Shown here piece by piece: positions 1-9,451 of a stretch of 64,000 bases of DNA (its first letter is position 1; every line of letters begins with the position of its first letter). Location: NCBI GenBank assembly GCA_964599475.1, contig CAZRFU010000016.1:17619-81618 (forward strand), written 5' to 3'. The translations under genes and the position numbers were made by a program. The notes beneath the pieces are model-generated. The model saw only the letters and a program-made list of their open reading frames with translations, was not told the origin of the DNA and did not search any database. Origin of the DNA: an uncultured Thermoanaerobaculia bacterium. Its GTDB lineage: Bacteria; Acidobacteriota; Thermoanaerobaculia; Multivoradales; CAZRFU01.

Positions 1-1
1 T

Positions 2-1498
2 GCGCGCGAGGTCCTCGAGGAGGGTGTCTCACGGATTGATCGAGCACTCGGCGATCAGCCCGCGGTGGCTGCCGACCTCTACGACGCCCTGGCCGAGATT
101 TACCAGCGCCTTGGCCTGGGAGCTCAGGGCCTCGATCTCGCCCAACGTGCCTTGGCGCTGCGCGAGCGAGAGCTCGCACCCGACCCGGCCAAGATCGGGG
201 AAACGCTGACCCGGATTGCCGCGCTCCAACTCGAGGGCCCGGAGCCGGCGCAGGCCCTTGCAGGTGCACACCGTGCGTGGTCGTTGCTGAGTCGCGAGCT
301 GGGCGAGGACAGTCTCGAGGCAGCACGCGCGGAAAGTGAGCTCGCTGCGGCCCTGATCTGGGCGGACCGCGCCGAGGAGAGCGTGGCCCATCACCAACAC
401 GCCTTCGACGTGCTCAGTGCCCTCCTGGGCCCCGACGATCCTCGCACCGCCGCACAGCTGGTGGCTTTGGCTCGTGCCCTCGAACAAGCGGGCCGGTACG
501 AGGACTCGATCGCTGCATTTCGGCAGGCCCTGCCGGCGCTCGAAGGAGCCCTCGGCGACCTCCACCCGGATGTCTCCTACGCGCGCCGGGATCTCGCCGG
601 GGTGCTCGATCGGGTCGGACGGCCCGCCGAAGCCGAGCCGCTGCTCGAGGCGGCGTTGGCGGCGCAACGCAAGGTGCTCGGGAACGACCACTGGCAAGTC
701 GGCGAAACTCTCTTCTCCTACGGCATTCTGCTCAACACCGCCGGACGTTTGCAGGAGGCGGAAGCTGCCTTCCGCGAGGCGCTGGCGATCGACGGCCCCG
801 CCACCCTCGCCGCCCACTGCCTGCGCTTCCTCGGCACCAACCTGGCCGAGCAGGGGCGCCTCGACGAGGCGGTCGAGAGTCTCGAATCGGCGATAGCCGA
901 GTACCGTCGTGTCGAGGGCCTGGACTCGACCGAGGCCTGGCGTGCGGTCGCCAGCCTCGGCCACGCCCACCTGCGCGGCGGGCGGGTCGAGCTGGCCCTC
1001 GCCACCCTGCGCGAGGCGGTGGCGCGGCTGGAGGAGCTGGCCGGGCCCGAGAGCTACCAGGTACGGATGCCGCTGCGCCAGCTCGGTGAGAGCCTGCGGT
1101 GGGCCGGCGAGCTCGAGCAGGCGGTTGCGGTGTTGCGCCGCACCCGCGCCCTCGAGGTCACCCTCTTCGGCACCGAGGACCATGGCGACATCGCCCTGAC
1201 CGATCTCCAGCTCGCGCGAACGCTGTTCGCCGTCGGGACCAAACCCGCACGCGAGGAGGCAAGCGCCCTGTTCGACGAAGCGATCGAGCTGCTGCGGCGC
1301 CACAAGACTCGCAGTGCCAGTCTCGGCGAGGCCCTGCTGGAGCGCGAGCGGCTCAGGCTCGCGCTGGGTGCCCCGGCGATCCGAGCCAACCTCGCCGAAG
1401 CCGTCGAGCGGCTGATGAGTGCCTACGACGCCGACGACCCCCGCACCCGCGAAGCTCGGGCCCTCCTTTCCGGCTCCGACCCGACCGCCAATCCCTGA
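2..1498 (+). CDS. TPR-repeat protein with its 5' end off-window. Probably the C-terminal sensor half of a Ser/Thr kinase paralogous to those at 6974 and 10109.
   Basis: The frame is open from base 2, with no stop before the listed Met at 65. It has repeated Ala/Leu-rich TPR-like helix pairs in the same style as the C-terminal halves of the two kinases downstream. Stop at 1496-1498. Confidence 0.7.
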   Translation, partial: AREVLEEGVSRIDRALGDQPAVAADLYDALAEIYQRLGLGAQGLDLAQRALALRERELAPDPAKIGETLTRIAALQLEGPEPAQALAGAHRAWSLLSRELGEDSLEAARAESELAAALIWADRAEESVAHHQHAFDVLSALLGPDDPRTAAQLVALARALEQAGRYEDSIAAFRQALPALEGALGDLHPDVSYARRDLAGVLDRVGRPAEAEPLLEAALAAQRKVLGNDHWQVGETLFSYGILLNTAGRLQEAEAAFREALAIDGPATLAAHCLRFLGTNLAEQGRLDEAVESLESAIAEYRRVEGLDSTEAWRAVASLGHAHLRGGRVELALATLREAVARLEELAGPESYQVRMPLRQLGESLRWAGELEQAVAVLRRTRALEVTLFGTEDHGDIALTDLQLARTLFAVGTKPAREEASALFDEAIELLRRHKTRSASLGEALLERERLRLALGAPAIRANLAEAVERLMSAYDADDPRTREARALLSGSDPTANP

Positions 1499-1627
1499 CC
1501 CGGGCTCTTCCTCGTTCACCAGCTCCTCCCCGGAGACCTGACTGCCTTGCCGGCGGCCGGCGCCCCACCGAACAGCGTGGCCCGCTGCCAGCGAGATTGT
1601 CGATCTGGGTTCTGAAAGGAGCTTCAG

Positions 1628-3157
1628 ATGGTCTCCGAACGAGCACCACGTCACCTCGCGCGTCACCTCGCGGGCGCATTGACGATTTTCGCCGCCGGCA
1701 GTGTCTCAGCCCAGGAGATCGGCGTCGACGACTTTCGCATCAGCGCCATGGGAGGCAGCGGAGATAGTGCCTACACGGCGATCTACTCGTCGGTTGCCCA
1801 CAACCCCCTCGCCGAGGAGTACCTGGTGGTGTGGCTCGGCGACACCAACACCGGCGACGGCGACAACCACTACCAGATCTTCGGGCAGCGTATCGACGTC
1901 GCGACCGGTGCCGAGCTCGGAACCGACGACTTCGTGATCGCAAGCCTCGGCGGCCCCTTCGGATCGGCGCCGTTCGCCTGGGTGACGGTGGCTCACGGCT
2001 CCGGCCAGAACGAGTACCTGGTCGTGTGGTCGACGATCACCGGGCTCGGCAACGGCAGCGACTACGAGATCTTCTGTCGTCGCGTCGCCGCCGACGGCAC
2101 ACCCCTCGGCGTCGCGCTCCAGATCAGCCACATGCACAACCCGACCCAGCCGCAGAACGAGAGCCAGTACACCGCCACCGAGCCCGCCGTCGCCTACAAC
2201 CCGCTCGCGGACGAGTTCCTGGTGGTGTGGGCGGGCGACCATGGTGTCGGCGGACTGGTCGACGAGGAAGTCGAGATCTTCGGGCAGCGCATCAGTGCCA
2301 CGACCGGCCTCGAGATCGGCACCGACGACGTGCGCATCAGCGACGTCGGAGGCACCGGCAGTACCTTCTCGGATGCCCGCTCGCCCGACGTCACCTACAA
2401 CTCGATCGACGACGAGTACCTGGTGGTGTGGGCCGCCGACGATCCCGATGCGGGCACGGCCGACAACGAGCTCGAGATCTACGGGCAGCGCCTGACCTCG
2501 CTCGGCGGCGAGATCGGCGTCAACGACTTCCGCGTCACCACCCATGGCCCCGCCAACGAGCCGGGCTACTCCGCGCTCGAGCCCGCGGTCGCCTTCAGCC
2601 CGGATCACTCCGAGTACCTGGTGGTGTTCAGCGCACCCGAAGCCTGGTCGCAGGCGGTCGGACCCGGCTTCGAGATCTACGCCCAGCGTCTCGACGCGAG
2701 CGCAAGCGCACTCGGCGGCGCCTTCAGGCTGAGCGATGTCGGCGGCCTGGCGGAGCTCGCTTTCGACGCCGACACCCCCGATGTCGCCTATGCCCCGGCT
2801 TCGGAGCGCTGGATCGTCGTCTTCCGAGCCGACGACAACGTCGGCGGGCAAGTCGACGGCGAGCGCGAGGTCCACCTGCAGGAGGTCGATGCGGCAACCG
2901 GCGCCGAGGTCGGCGACAACGACGCCCGCGTCAGCGACATGGGCCCCACCGGCAGCACGATCTACCAGACCTCACTGCCCACCGTCGCTTGCGCCGCTGC
3001 GACCGAGTGCCTGGTGATCTGGCGCGGCGACGACAACGTCGGCGGCCTGGTCAACGACGAATTCGAAATCTTCGGCCAACGCTGGGCAACCACACTGCCG
3101 GCCTCGATCTTCGAGGACGGGTTCGAAAGTGGCGACACCTCGGCGTGGAGCCTGTAG
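1628..3157 (+). CDS. Secreted seven-repeat protein (putative beta-propeller) ending in a DGFESGDTSAWS tail
   Basis: AAGGAG lies 6 nt upstream of ATG 1628. The N-terminus is signal-like (LAGALTIFAAGSVSAQE). Seven repeats of about 60-70 aa each contain E[YF]LVVW ... EI[FY]GQR ... G. The C-terminus is IFEDGFESGDTSAWSL. Confidence 0.8.
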   Translation: MVSERAPRHLARHLAGALTIFAAGSVSAQEIGVDDFRISAMGGSGDSAYTAIYSSVAHNPLAEEYLVVWLGDTNTGDGDNHYQIFGQRIDVATGAELGTDDFVIASLGGPFGSAPFAWVTVAHGSGQNEYLVVWSTITGLGNGSDYEIFCRRVAADGTPLGVALQISHMHNPTQPQNESQYTATEPAVAYNPLADEFLVVWAGDHGVGGLVDEEVEIFGQRISATTGLEIGTDDVRISDVGGTGSTFSDARSPDVTYNSIDDEYLVVWAADDPDAGTADNELEIYGQRLTSLGGEIGVNDFRVTTHGPANEPGYSALEPAVAFSPDHSEYLVVFSAPEAWSQAVGPGFEIYAQRLDASASALGGAFRLSDVGGLAELAFDADTPDVAYAPASERWIVVFRADDNVGGQVDGEREVHLQEVDAATGAEVGDNDARVSDMGPTGSTIYQTSLPTVACAAATECLVIWRGDDNVGGLVNDEFEIFGQRWATTLPASIFEDGFESGDTSAWSL

Positions 3158-3254
3158 CTCGGCGACGCTGGGTTCCGCGGCGTGTTGCTCGACCCGCGTG
3201 CAGCGCCATGGTCGGCGCAATGACGCCGCGCTGGGCAACCGGCCTGCGGCCCAC

Positions 3255-4789
3255 TCACGGCACGGTGTTCGACCACGCCCAGGTGTTGCCAGTCTCGAAA
3301 CCGTCGGCAAAGAACCACGGGCAGCCGCCCGCGGTGTGCTCGACCGAGCCCATGTCGTTGGTGCCGTTGCCCTGTGGCCGCAACACGCCACGCTGATCCA
3401 TGAAGGTATTGCCGCCCGCGAGAGGGATCCCAGCGTCGATCGCCGGGCTGCTCGGGCTGAGATTGTGGCTGCGGGTGAGCTCCTCGGGGATCCCGACCGG
3501 GCAGGAAAAGCCGAGGGGCAGGATCTGGGCGTCGGTCTCGGGTTTGTTGCCGTTGGTCGCAAGCTCGCCACAGCTGATCCCAGACCACAGGCTCGCGCCG
3601 ATGTCCACTGCGGCGCCGCCTGCGATCGAGCACTGGTCGCCGCTGTCCGTTGCGCTGTTCAGAGCCCAGATCACGTTGCGGGCGTGCAACGTCGAGCCGA
3701 TCGCCCCGGTCGTGACGCCACCGCCAACGGCGGCCTGATTGTTGGCGATCGTGGTCATCCGCAAGGTCAAGGCGCCTTCGTTGTGGATACCACCACCCGA
3801 GCCGGCGCTGGTGTTGCCGGAGACCGTCGTGTTCTCGAGCTGGAGGGTCCCGAGATTGGCGACGGCGCCACCTCTCGCGGCGGGATCGCTCGCGACGTTG
3901 CCCGAGAAGGTGGACTCGCGCTGGAGCGACGATGACCCCGCTGTGATGAAGAAGCCCCCTCCCTCGGCGGCAGCATTGTCGGCGACCGTATCCCGGCTGA
4001 GTGAAACGCCGGAGGCGTTCTGCAGCAACACGGCGCCGCCCTGGCCGGCCGCCACGTTGAGCACGAACGAGCTCAGATCCAGAAAGCCCGAGGCGCTCGT
4101 GGCACGAACCGCACCGCCATCGCCACCGGCGGTGTTGTTGTCGAACGAGGATCCAAACACCGCGAGCTGGGTCGTGTTGGCGACATCGAGCGCGCCGCCA
4201 TGGCCAACTGCGGTGTTGTTGGTAAGGATGGTGCGGCTCAGGTCCACCCGCCCGCCGATGGCGGCGATGGCTCCGCCGTCGCCGTTGGCGTGGTTGCCGG
4301 CAAGAGTGCTCCACAGAGCGTGGACCACGCCACCACTCGCGAGCACGGCGCCGCCACTCCCGGTGGAGGTGTTGTTGGCCAGGATGGCTCGGTCGAGCTC
4401 GAGGTCACCACCGGGCTCCACCACCCCGCTCCACCGCCCGCTGCAACGCCGTCGACGAGGAAGATCTCTCGCATCGTGGCGACCGCCGCAGCGGCGACCA
4501 CGAAGTGCCGCGTCGTGCCGCCACCCGACAGTGTCACCTTGTTGTCCCCATCGAAAACCACGAAGGCCGTGATCGGCTTGGCGGCGGTCAGGGTGATCAC
4601 GATCGGGTCGGGGCCACAGTCGAAGGTGATCGTGCCACCGCCGGCGTGCGCCGTCGCGATCGCGGCATCAAGGTGGGACTCGGTGCATCCTCCAGGCGAG
4701 CCGTCGCCGACGACGGCGTTGGCGCCGAGGACCGGAGGGACGGCGAGCAGCAAGCAGAGGGTGAGGCAAGGGAAGTCGCGAGGTTTCAT
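3255..4789 (-). pseudogene. Beta-helix (choice-of-anchor-Q / Pmp-like) secreted protein split by a 1-nt frameshift
   Basis: ORF 4238-4789 supplies a signal peptide and an N-terminus collinear with the paralogue at 4786-6309 (AVVGDGS..CTE...GGG.ITFDCGP). ORF 3255-4424 supplies GGA[VI]/GGG beta-helix repeats, DQRG..RPQG and the DGFETGNTWAWS tail. The two frames join at the C4 run 4424-4427. One extra G on the coding strand would give ...GGGAGVVEPGGDLEL. Confidence 0.6.
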
Positions 4790-6309
4790 GGCGTAGTCGA
4801 GCTCCAGGAGTTGGTGTTGCCGAGATCAAAGTCGTCGGCGAAGAGGGCGAAACAGTCGCCGGCCTGGTACTCGACCGCCCCAACGTCACAGCCAAGGCCC
4901 TGGGGCCGCGGGACGCCACGCTGGTCGACCTGCGGGGCCAGGGCACAGGAGGCCGCGTCGATCGCCGGGCTCGTTGCCTCGATCGCGTGGGTAGGGGTTC
5001 GTTCGGTTGCCAGTCCAGTGCAGGTCCTCGCCAGGGCGGCGATCCCAGGATTGGTGTTGGGTTGGTTGCCGCTGCTCGTGCCGGTACCGCAGGTCGTGTC
5101 GGACCAGATGCTGAAACTCAGCCCGAGCGGCGCGGCGCCGAAGTTGCACTGCGAGTCGACAAGGCCGTTGTTGGATCGGTTTGCAACCAAGAGGCTGTTG
5201 TGGATCTCGAGCAGGCCGGCAGGCAAGTTGTCGATCCCGGCGCCGGGGTCGCGTGTGACGTTGCCGACGATCGTGCTGTTGACCACCATGGCGGTGCCAC
5301 TGTTGCTGAGGCCACCGCCCCCCAACGCCCAGTTGCCGGAAATGGTCGCGTTCTGCAGGGCCAGCGTACCGAGATTTTCGATACCGCCGCCGATCACCGC
5401 GCTGTTGCGCGACACCGTTGTCGATATCACCACGACCTGCGATGGCGTGTTGACTCCGAGTCCACCGGCGAGACCGGCCGAGTTGTTGGCATCGAGCCAG
5501 GAGTCGGTGATCGTGACGTCGCTGCCATCCCACACGTAGAGCCCACCCGCCTCAGCCGCGTCGTTGCCCCGGATCAGCACGCGGGTGAACTGGGTGAAGA
5601 ACGCGCCGCGCAGGGCGACTCCTCCGCCGGCGCCGCCGGCCGTATTCCCCTCGATCCGGCTGTCGATCACACCGACATTCGAAAACCACGCTTCGACGGC
5701 GCCCCCATCGGTTCCGGCGCCGTTGCCGGTCATCGTGCTCGATTGCACCACGAGGCCGCCGGGATAGAGGTTGATGCCACCTCCTCCTCCGACAGCCTCG
5801 TTGTCGCGGACATGGCTGTCGACGAGGGAAACGAAGAGATGGTTGCCGGCGATCGCACCGCCCCAGGAGGCGGAGATGTTGTCCTCGAGGGTCACCCCCT
5901 CGAGATGCAGTTGCACCGCAAGGTCGAGGGACGGGGCGGGAGCCCAGATCGAACCGCCGGGTGAGGCGCTCCCGAGCGTCAGGGTGAGATTGCGCAGCGT
6001 CACCTCGCTGTCGTCGAGAAGGCGAAAGTGCCGCGTGGCAAGGCCTCCGGAAAGGGCGATCAGATTGCCACCATCGATCGTGACCTGGTCGCCGAGGACC
6101 TTTTCGCTGGTGAGCACGATGGCGTGGGGAGCCGGCCCACAGTCGAAGGTGATCAGGCCGCCTCCGGCGTTGGCGGAGGCCACCGCCGCCGTCAAGGCCG
6201 CCTCGGTACAACTTGCAGACGATCCGTCGCCCACCACGGCGTCGGCGCCGTAGGTCGGCGCGACCAAGGCCACGGCGGCGGGAAGTACGAGCTGATGAAC
6301 CAGGCGCAT
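4786..6309 (-). CDS. Beta-helix (choice-of-anchor-Q / Pmp-like) secreted protein
   Basis: ATG 6309 is preceded by GGAGGA. Signal peptide MRLVHQLVLPAAVALVAPTYGADA. Many GGGI/GGAV turn motifs, then DQRGVPRPQGLGCDVGAVEY and the C-terminal FADDFDLGNTNSWSSTTP. Its TGA overlaps the ATG of the downstream gene (ATGA, 4786-4789). Confidence 0.85.
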   Translation of the reverse strand: MRLVHQLVLPAAVALVAPTYGADAVVGDGSSASCTEAALTAAVASANAGGGLITFDCGPAPHAIVLTSEKVLGDQVTIDGGNLIALSGGLATRHFRLLDDSEVTLRNLTLTLGSASPGGSIWAPAPSLDLAVQLHLEGVTLEDNISASWGGAIAGNHLFVSLVDSHVRDNEAVGGGGGINLYPGGLVVQSSTMTGNGAGTDGGAVEAWFSNVGVIDSRIEGNTAGGAGGGVALRGAFFTQFTRVLIRGNDAAEAGGLYVWDGSDVTITDSWLDANNSAGLAGGLGVNTPSQVVVISTTVSRNSAVIGGGIENLGTLALQNATISGNWALGGGGLSNSGTAMVVNSTIVGNVTRDPGAGIDNLPAGLLEIHNSLLVANRSNNGLVDSQCNFGAAPLGLSFSIWSDTTCGTGTSSGNQPNTNPGIAALARTCTGLATERTPTHAIEATSPAIDAASCALAPQVDQRGVPRPQGLGCDVGAVEYQAGDCFALFADDFDLGNTNSWSSTTP

Positions 6310-6392
6310 TGGGTTTCCTCCTCGAGCTGCTATTGGCTCGAACGGGAAATCGAGGGAGAAAGCGGACATGGCGCCCCTGCTAACATCTCCGC

Positions 6393-6968
6393 GTGTCAGC
6401 TCCCATCCCGGCCGGCGACCTCACCGCCCTGATCGAGGCTTGGGATGGCGGCGCGGGGGTGCCGGTCGACGAGCTGTGGCAGGCTGCCTATGCCGAGCTC
6501 AAAGCGCTTGCACGCTCGCGACTGCGGCGCCAGGGACCCGTGACACTGCTCGACACCACCGCTCTGGTCAACGAGAGCTACCTGCGGCTGGTGGGCGTCG
6601 GCCGCCTCCAGGTCGAGACTCGCGGCAAGTTCTTCGCCTACGCCTCGCGCGTGATGCGGTCGGTAGTCGTCGACCTCGCGCGCGAACGACTCACGACACG
6701 GCGTGGTGGCGGTGCCGAGGCGGTCACCTTCGACACGGACGCCGTCGACCGCCTGCAGTTCCCGGCGCTGGCCGAGCCGCTCGATGTCGATGCGGTGCTC
6801 GCGGAGCTGGAGGTGGTCGACCCGCGACTCGCGAAGGTCGTCGAGATGCGCTATTTCGCGGGCTACACCGAGGTCGAGATCGCGACGATCCTCGGCCTCA
6901 CCGAACGCACGGTACGCCGCGACTGGCACAAGGCGAAGCTGCTGCTGCGCACGATGATCGTTCGCTGA
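6393..6968 (+). CDS. ECF-type sigma-70 family factor (kinase-associated ECF43-like / TIGR02999-like)
   Basis: GTG start. N-terminal DLTALIEAW..G, TTALVNESYLRL (region 2), and a region 4 helix-turn-helix YFAGYTEVEIATILGLTERTVRRDWHKAKLLL. It ends 5 nt before the kinase ATG. Confidence 0.9.
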   Translation: MSAPIPAGDLTALIEAWDGGAGVPVDELWQAAYAELKALARSRLRRQGPVTLLDTTALVNESYLRLVGVGRLQVETRGKFFAYASRVMRSVVVDLARERLTTRRGGGAEAVTFDTDAVDRLQFPALAEPLDVDAVLAELEVVDPRLAKVVEMRYFAGYTEVEIATILGLTERTVRRDWHKAKLLLRTMIVR

Positions 6969-6973
6969 GGCCC

Positions 6974-9334
6974 ATGAACCGCCTACCATGCTCACCCGGC
7001 CAATGGCCCGAGCTCTCGCGGCTACTCGACGAGGCGCTCGAAAGTCATCAGCAGGATCGAGGAATATGGCTCGAGCGCGTCGGCCGAGAGCGGCCGGACC
7101 TCATCGAGGCCCTGCGAACGGTGCTCGAGGCCGAGGTAGGCGAGCAGGCCGATGCCGCCCAATTCGAGTCCCCGTCCTGGGATCTCCTCGATGACGAGGA
7201 TGCTCTTGGCCAGGGAACCGTCGTCGGGCCCTACACGCTCGAAGCCGAGTTGGGAGTGGGCGGGATGGGGACCGTCTGGAGCGCCCACCGCAGCGACGGC
7301 GCGTACCAACGCCGGGTTGCACTCAAGCTGCCCCACCTCTGCGGGCCGGGGGCGGATCTCCGGGCTCGGTTTCGGCGCGAGCGGGACATCCTCGCCCGGC
7401 TGTCGCATCCCAACATCGCGCAGTTTCTCGACGCCGGCGTTGCTGCCGACGGGCGCCCGTATCTTGCACTCGAGTTGGTCGAGGGGCGGTCGATTCTCGA
7501 GGCTGCTGGGTGCGCTCGGCTCAGCGTCGACGGGCGCTTGCGGTGGTTCCGGGCGGTGCTCGACGCCGTCGCCTACGCCCATGCCAGGCTCGTGGTCCAC
7601 CGCGACATCAAGCCCTCCAACGTCCTGGTCGGCGCCGCCGGCTCCGTCAAGCTGCTCGACTTCGGGATCGCCAAGCTGCTCGAGCCGACCGCCTCCGAGC
7701 GCGGCGGCGCCGCGCAGCTCACCCGCGCGGACGTCAGACCAGCGACTCCCGACTACGCCGCTCCCGAGCAGCTCGACGGCGGTGATGTGACCGTGGCGAC
7801 CGACGTGTGGGCGCTCGGTGCGCTGCTGTTCGAGTTGCTGACCGGTGGCCGACCTTTCTCCCGCGCCGAGCGTCTGAGTAGCCAACGCGACCGCTTCGTA
7901 CCGTTCTCCTCGCGCCGCGTCGACCCGACGCACGCTCGGGCGTGCGGCTTGTCGACGAAATCCCTCGCCAGGCGACTCGAAGGCGATCTCGACGCGATCC
8001 TCGCCAAAGCTCTCGCTTTCGAGCCGACCGATCGGTACGCCTCGGTCGAGGCATTCGCCGGCGACCTCGACCGCCACCTTGCTCTCCAGCCGATCGTCGC
8101 GCGGCGGCCGAGCGCATTGGTGCGGGCGCGCCTGTTCGCGCGCCGTCACCGAGTCGGACTGGTGTCGTTCGGCCTCCTCCTCGCGTCGGTGACCGCAGGC
8201 ATGCTCGGGGTACTGCTGCAGGCCCGGGCGACCTCGGCGGCCGCCCGGCGCGCCGAAGCGACCAAGGACTTCCTCGTCGAGGTCTTCAAAGGCAGCGACC
8301 CGCGGGTTGCGCGCACCAAGCCCCGCGGCGAGATCACCGCTCGAGAGCTGCTCGACATCGCGGCTCACGATCTCGAAGTCGGGTTCGAGGATGATCCCGA
8401 GACCCGGATCGAGCTGTTGGGGCTGACCGCCACGATCTACACCTACCTCGACGAGATCGGTGCCGCACGGAGGCTGGCCGAGATGGGACGGCTCGAGGGG
8501 CAGCGCCTGCTCGAGGCCGACGATCCTCGCCTGCTCGACCCTTGGCTTCTCGAGATCTGGCTTGCCCTCGAGGCCGGGGACCTCGAGTCCGCGCGGACAC
8601 GGCTCACCGAGGTCGACCGACACCTTACGGTCTACGGGCTCGATCACACGGTCCACCGCGCCGGTTACCACCTGGCCGCCAGCGACATCGCTGCGGCGCA
8701 GGGCGATCGAGACGGCCGGAAGCAAGAGCTCGAGCAGGCCCGGGCTCTTTATGCTGCGGTGGCTCCACGCGACTCAGGGCATGCCGCAGCGCTGTCGAAT
8801 CTCGGCCTGTTGCGTCTGGGGGGTGGTGAACCCACGGAGGCTCTGACCCTGCTCGACCGCGCCCTGACGGTGGCCCAGACTGCCACCAGCGATGTGGGTA
8901 CCGACCTCGCCCGGATTCACGCTCGTCGAGGCCGGGTGTTGCTGGAGCTCGCGCGCTTCGAGGACGCCCGGGAAGCGCTCGACACGGCTCTGGCGCTGTA
9001 CGCCGCGACGGTCGGCACAGACCATGTGACCACCTGGGCCCCGCGCGCCGCCCGTGCCCGAGCGGCAGCCTACCTCGGCCAAGCCATCGACGCCGACCGC
9101 GACCTCGGTTCTCTCGAAAGCCTCCCGGGCTGGCAGGAACCGCGTTTCTCGCGCTACCGTCAGGAGGCCAACTTGCACCGCGGCCTGGCTTTGGCCAGAC
9201 TCGGTCGGCAGCCACAGGCTGCGGCGATTCTCGCCGAGAGCGTCGCAAGCCTGGGCGACGATCCCGAGCTCGAAGCCGAGATCCGCTGGGCTCGGCTCGA
9301 GATCGCAAGCACCCGGTCCGACGCAGGTGGATGA
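6974..9334 (+). CDS. Ser/Thr protein kinase with one transmembrane segment and a C-terminal TPR array
   Basis: LGVGGMGTVW, VALK, HRDIKPSNVLV, DFGIAKL and APE motifs. TM segment VGLVSFGLLLASVTAGMLGVLLQA. Long TPR-like C-terminus. The listed ORF start at 6368 is an out-of-frame run over the sigma gene. Confidence 0.9.
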   Translation: MNRLPCSPGQWPELSRLLDEALESHQQDRGIWLERVGRERPDLIEALRTVLEAEVGEQADAAQFESPSWDLLDDEDALGQGTVVGPYTLEAELGVGGMGTVWSAHRSDGAYQRRVALKLPHLCGPGADLRARFRRERDILARLSHPNIAQFLDAGVAADGRPYLALELVEGRSILEAAGCARLSVDGRLRWFRAVLDAVAYAHARLVVHRDIKPSNVLVGAAGSVKLLDFGIAKLLEPTASERGGAAQLTRADVRPATPDYAAPEQLDGGDVTVATDVWALGALLFELLTGGRPFSRAERLSSQRDRFVPFSSRRVDPTHARACGLSTKSLARRLEGDLDAILAKALAFEPTDRYASVEAFAGDLDRHLALQPIVARRPSALVRARLFARRHRVGLVSFGLLLASVTAGMLGVLLQARATSAAARRAEATKDFLVEVFKGSDPRVARTKPRGEITARELLDIAAHDLEVGFEDDPETRIELLGLTATIYTYLDEIGAARRLAEMGRLEGQRLLEADDPRLLDPWLLEIWLALEAGDLESARTRLTEVDRHLTVYGLDHTVHRAGYHLAASDIAAAQGDRDGRKQELEQARALYAAVAPRDSGHAAALSNLGLLRLGGGEPTEALTLLDRALTVAQTATSDVGTDLARIHARRGRVLLELARFEDAREALDTALALYAATVGTDHVTTWAPRAARARAAAYLGQAIDADRDLGSLESLPGWQEPRFSRYRQEANLHRGLALARLGRQPQAAAILAESVASLGDDPELEAEIRWARLEIASTRSDAGG

Positions 9335-9451
9335 CCGGAGCCGTCCCTCGACGTTCCCCGGTCCGGCGCCCCGCTGACGGCAGTCACCGAGACGCGTCTG
9401 GGAATGCCGCGCCCTGATACCGACCGCGCGGAGTCCTCTTCGAGCCGGGTG

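Noticed and set aside
1560-1600. GAAC ... CGA spacing upstream of the propeller-protein gene considered as an ECF-type promoter
   Set aside because: The match is too weak and the spacing is 18 nt. The consensus for these kinase-linked ECF sigmas is unknown to me, so I mention it only as something to test in the ECF finding.
29-1666. 545-aa minus-strand ORF; similar long antisense ORFs occur at 7022-8725, 14607-15110, 17531-18820, 30613-33078 and 35602-37344
   Set aside because: Each is the mirror frame of a gene with clear homology or repeat structure. They have no RBS or motif support and are typical high-GC shadow ORFs.
6368-9334. Apparent 988-aa fused sigma-kinase ORF, and likewise the 612-aa ORF 9452-11290 and the 1067-aa ORF 9869-13072
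   Set aside because: The N-terminal extensions are Arg/Pro-rich read-through overlapping other genes in another frame. The real starts are at 6974, 10057 and 10109, where homology begins.
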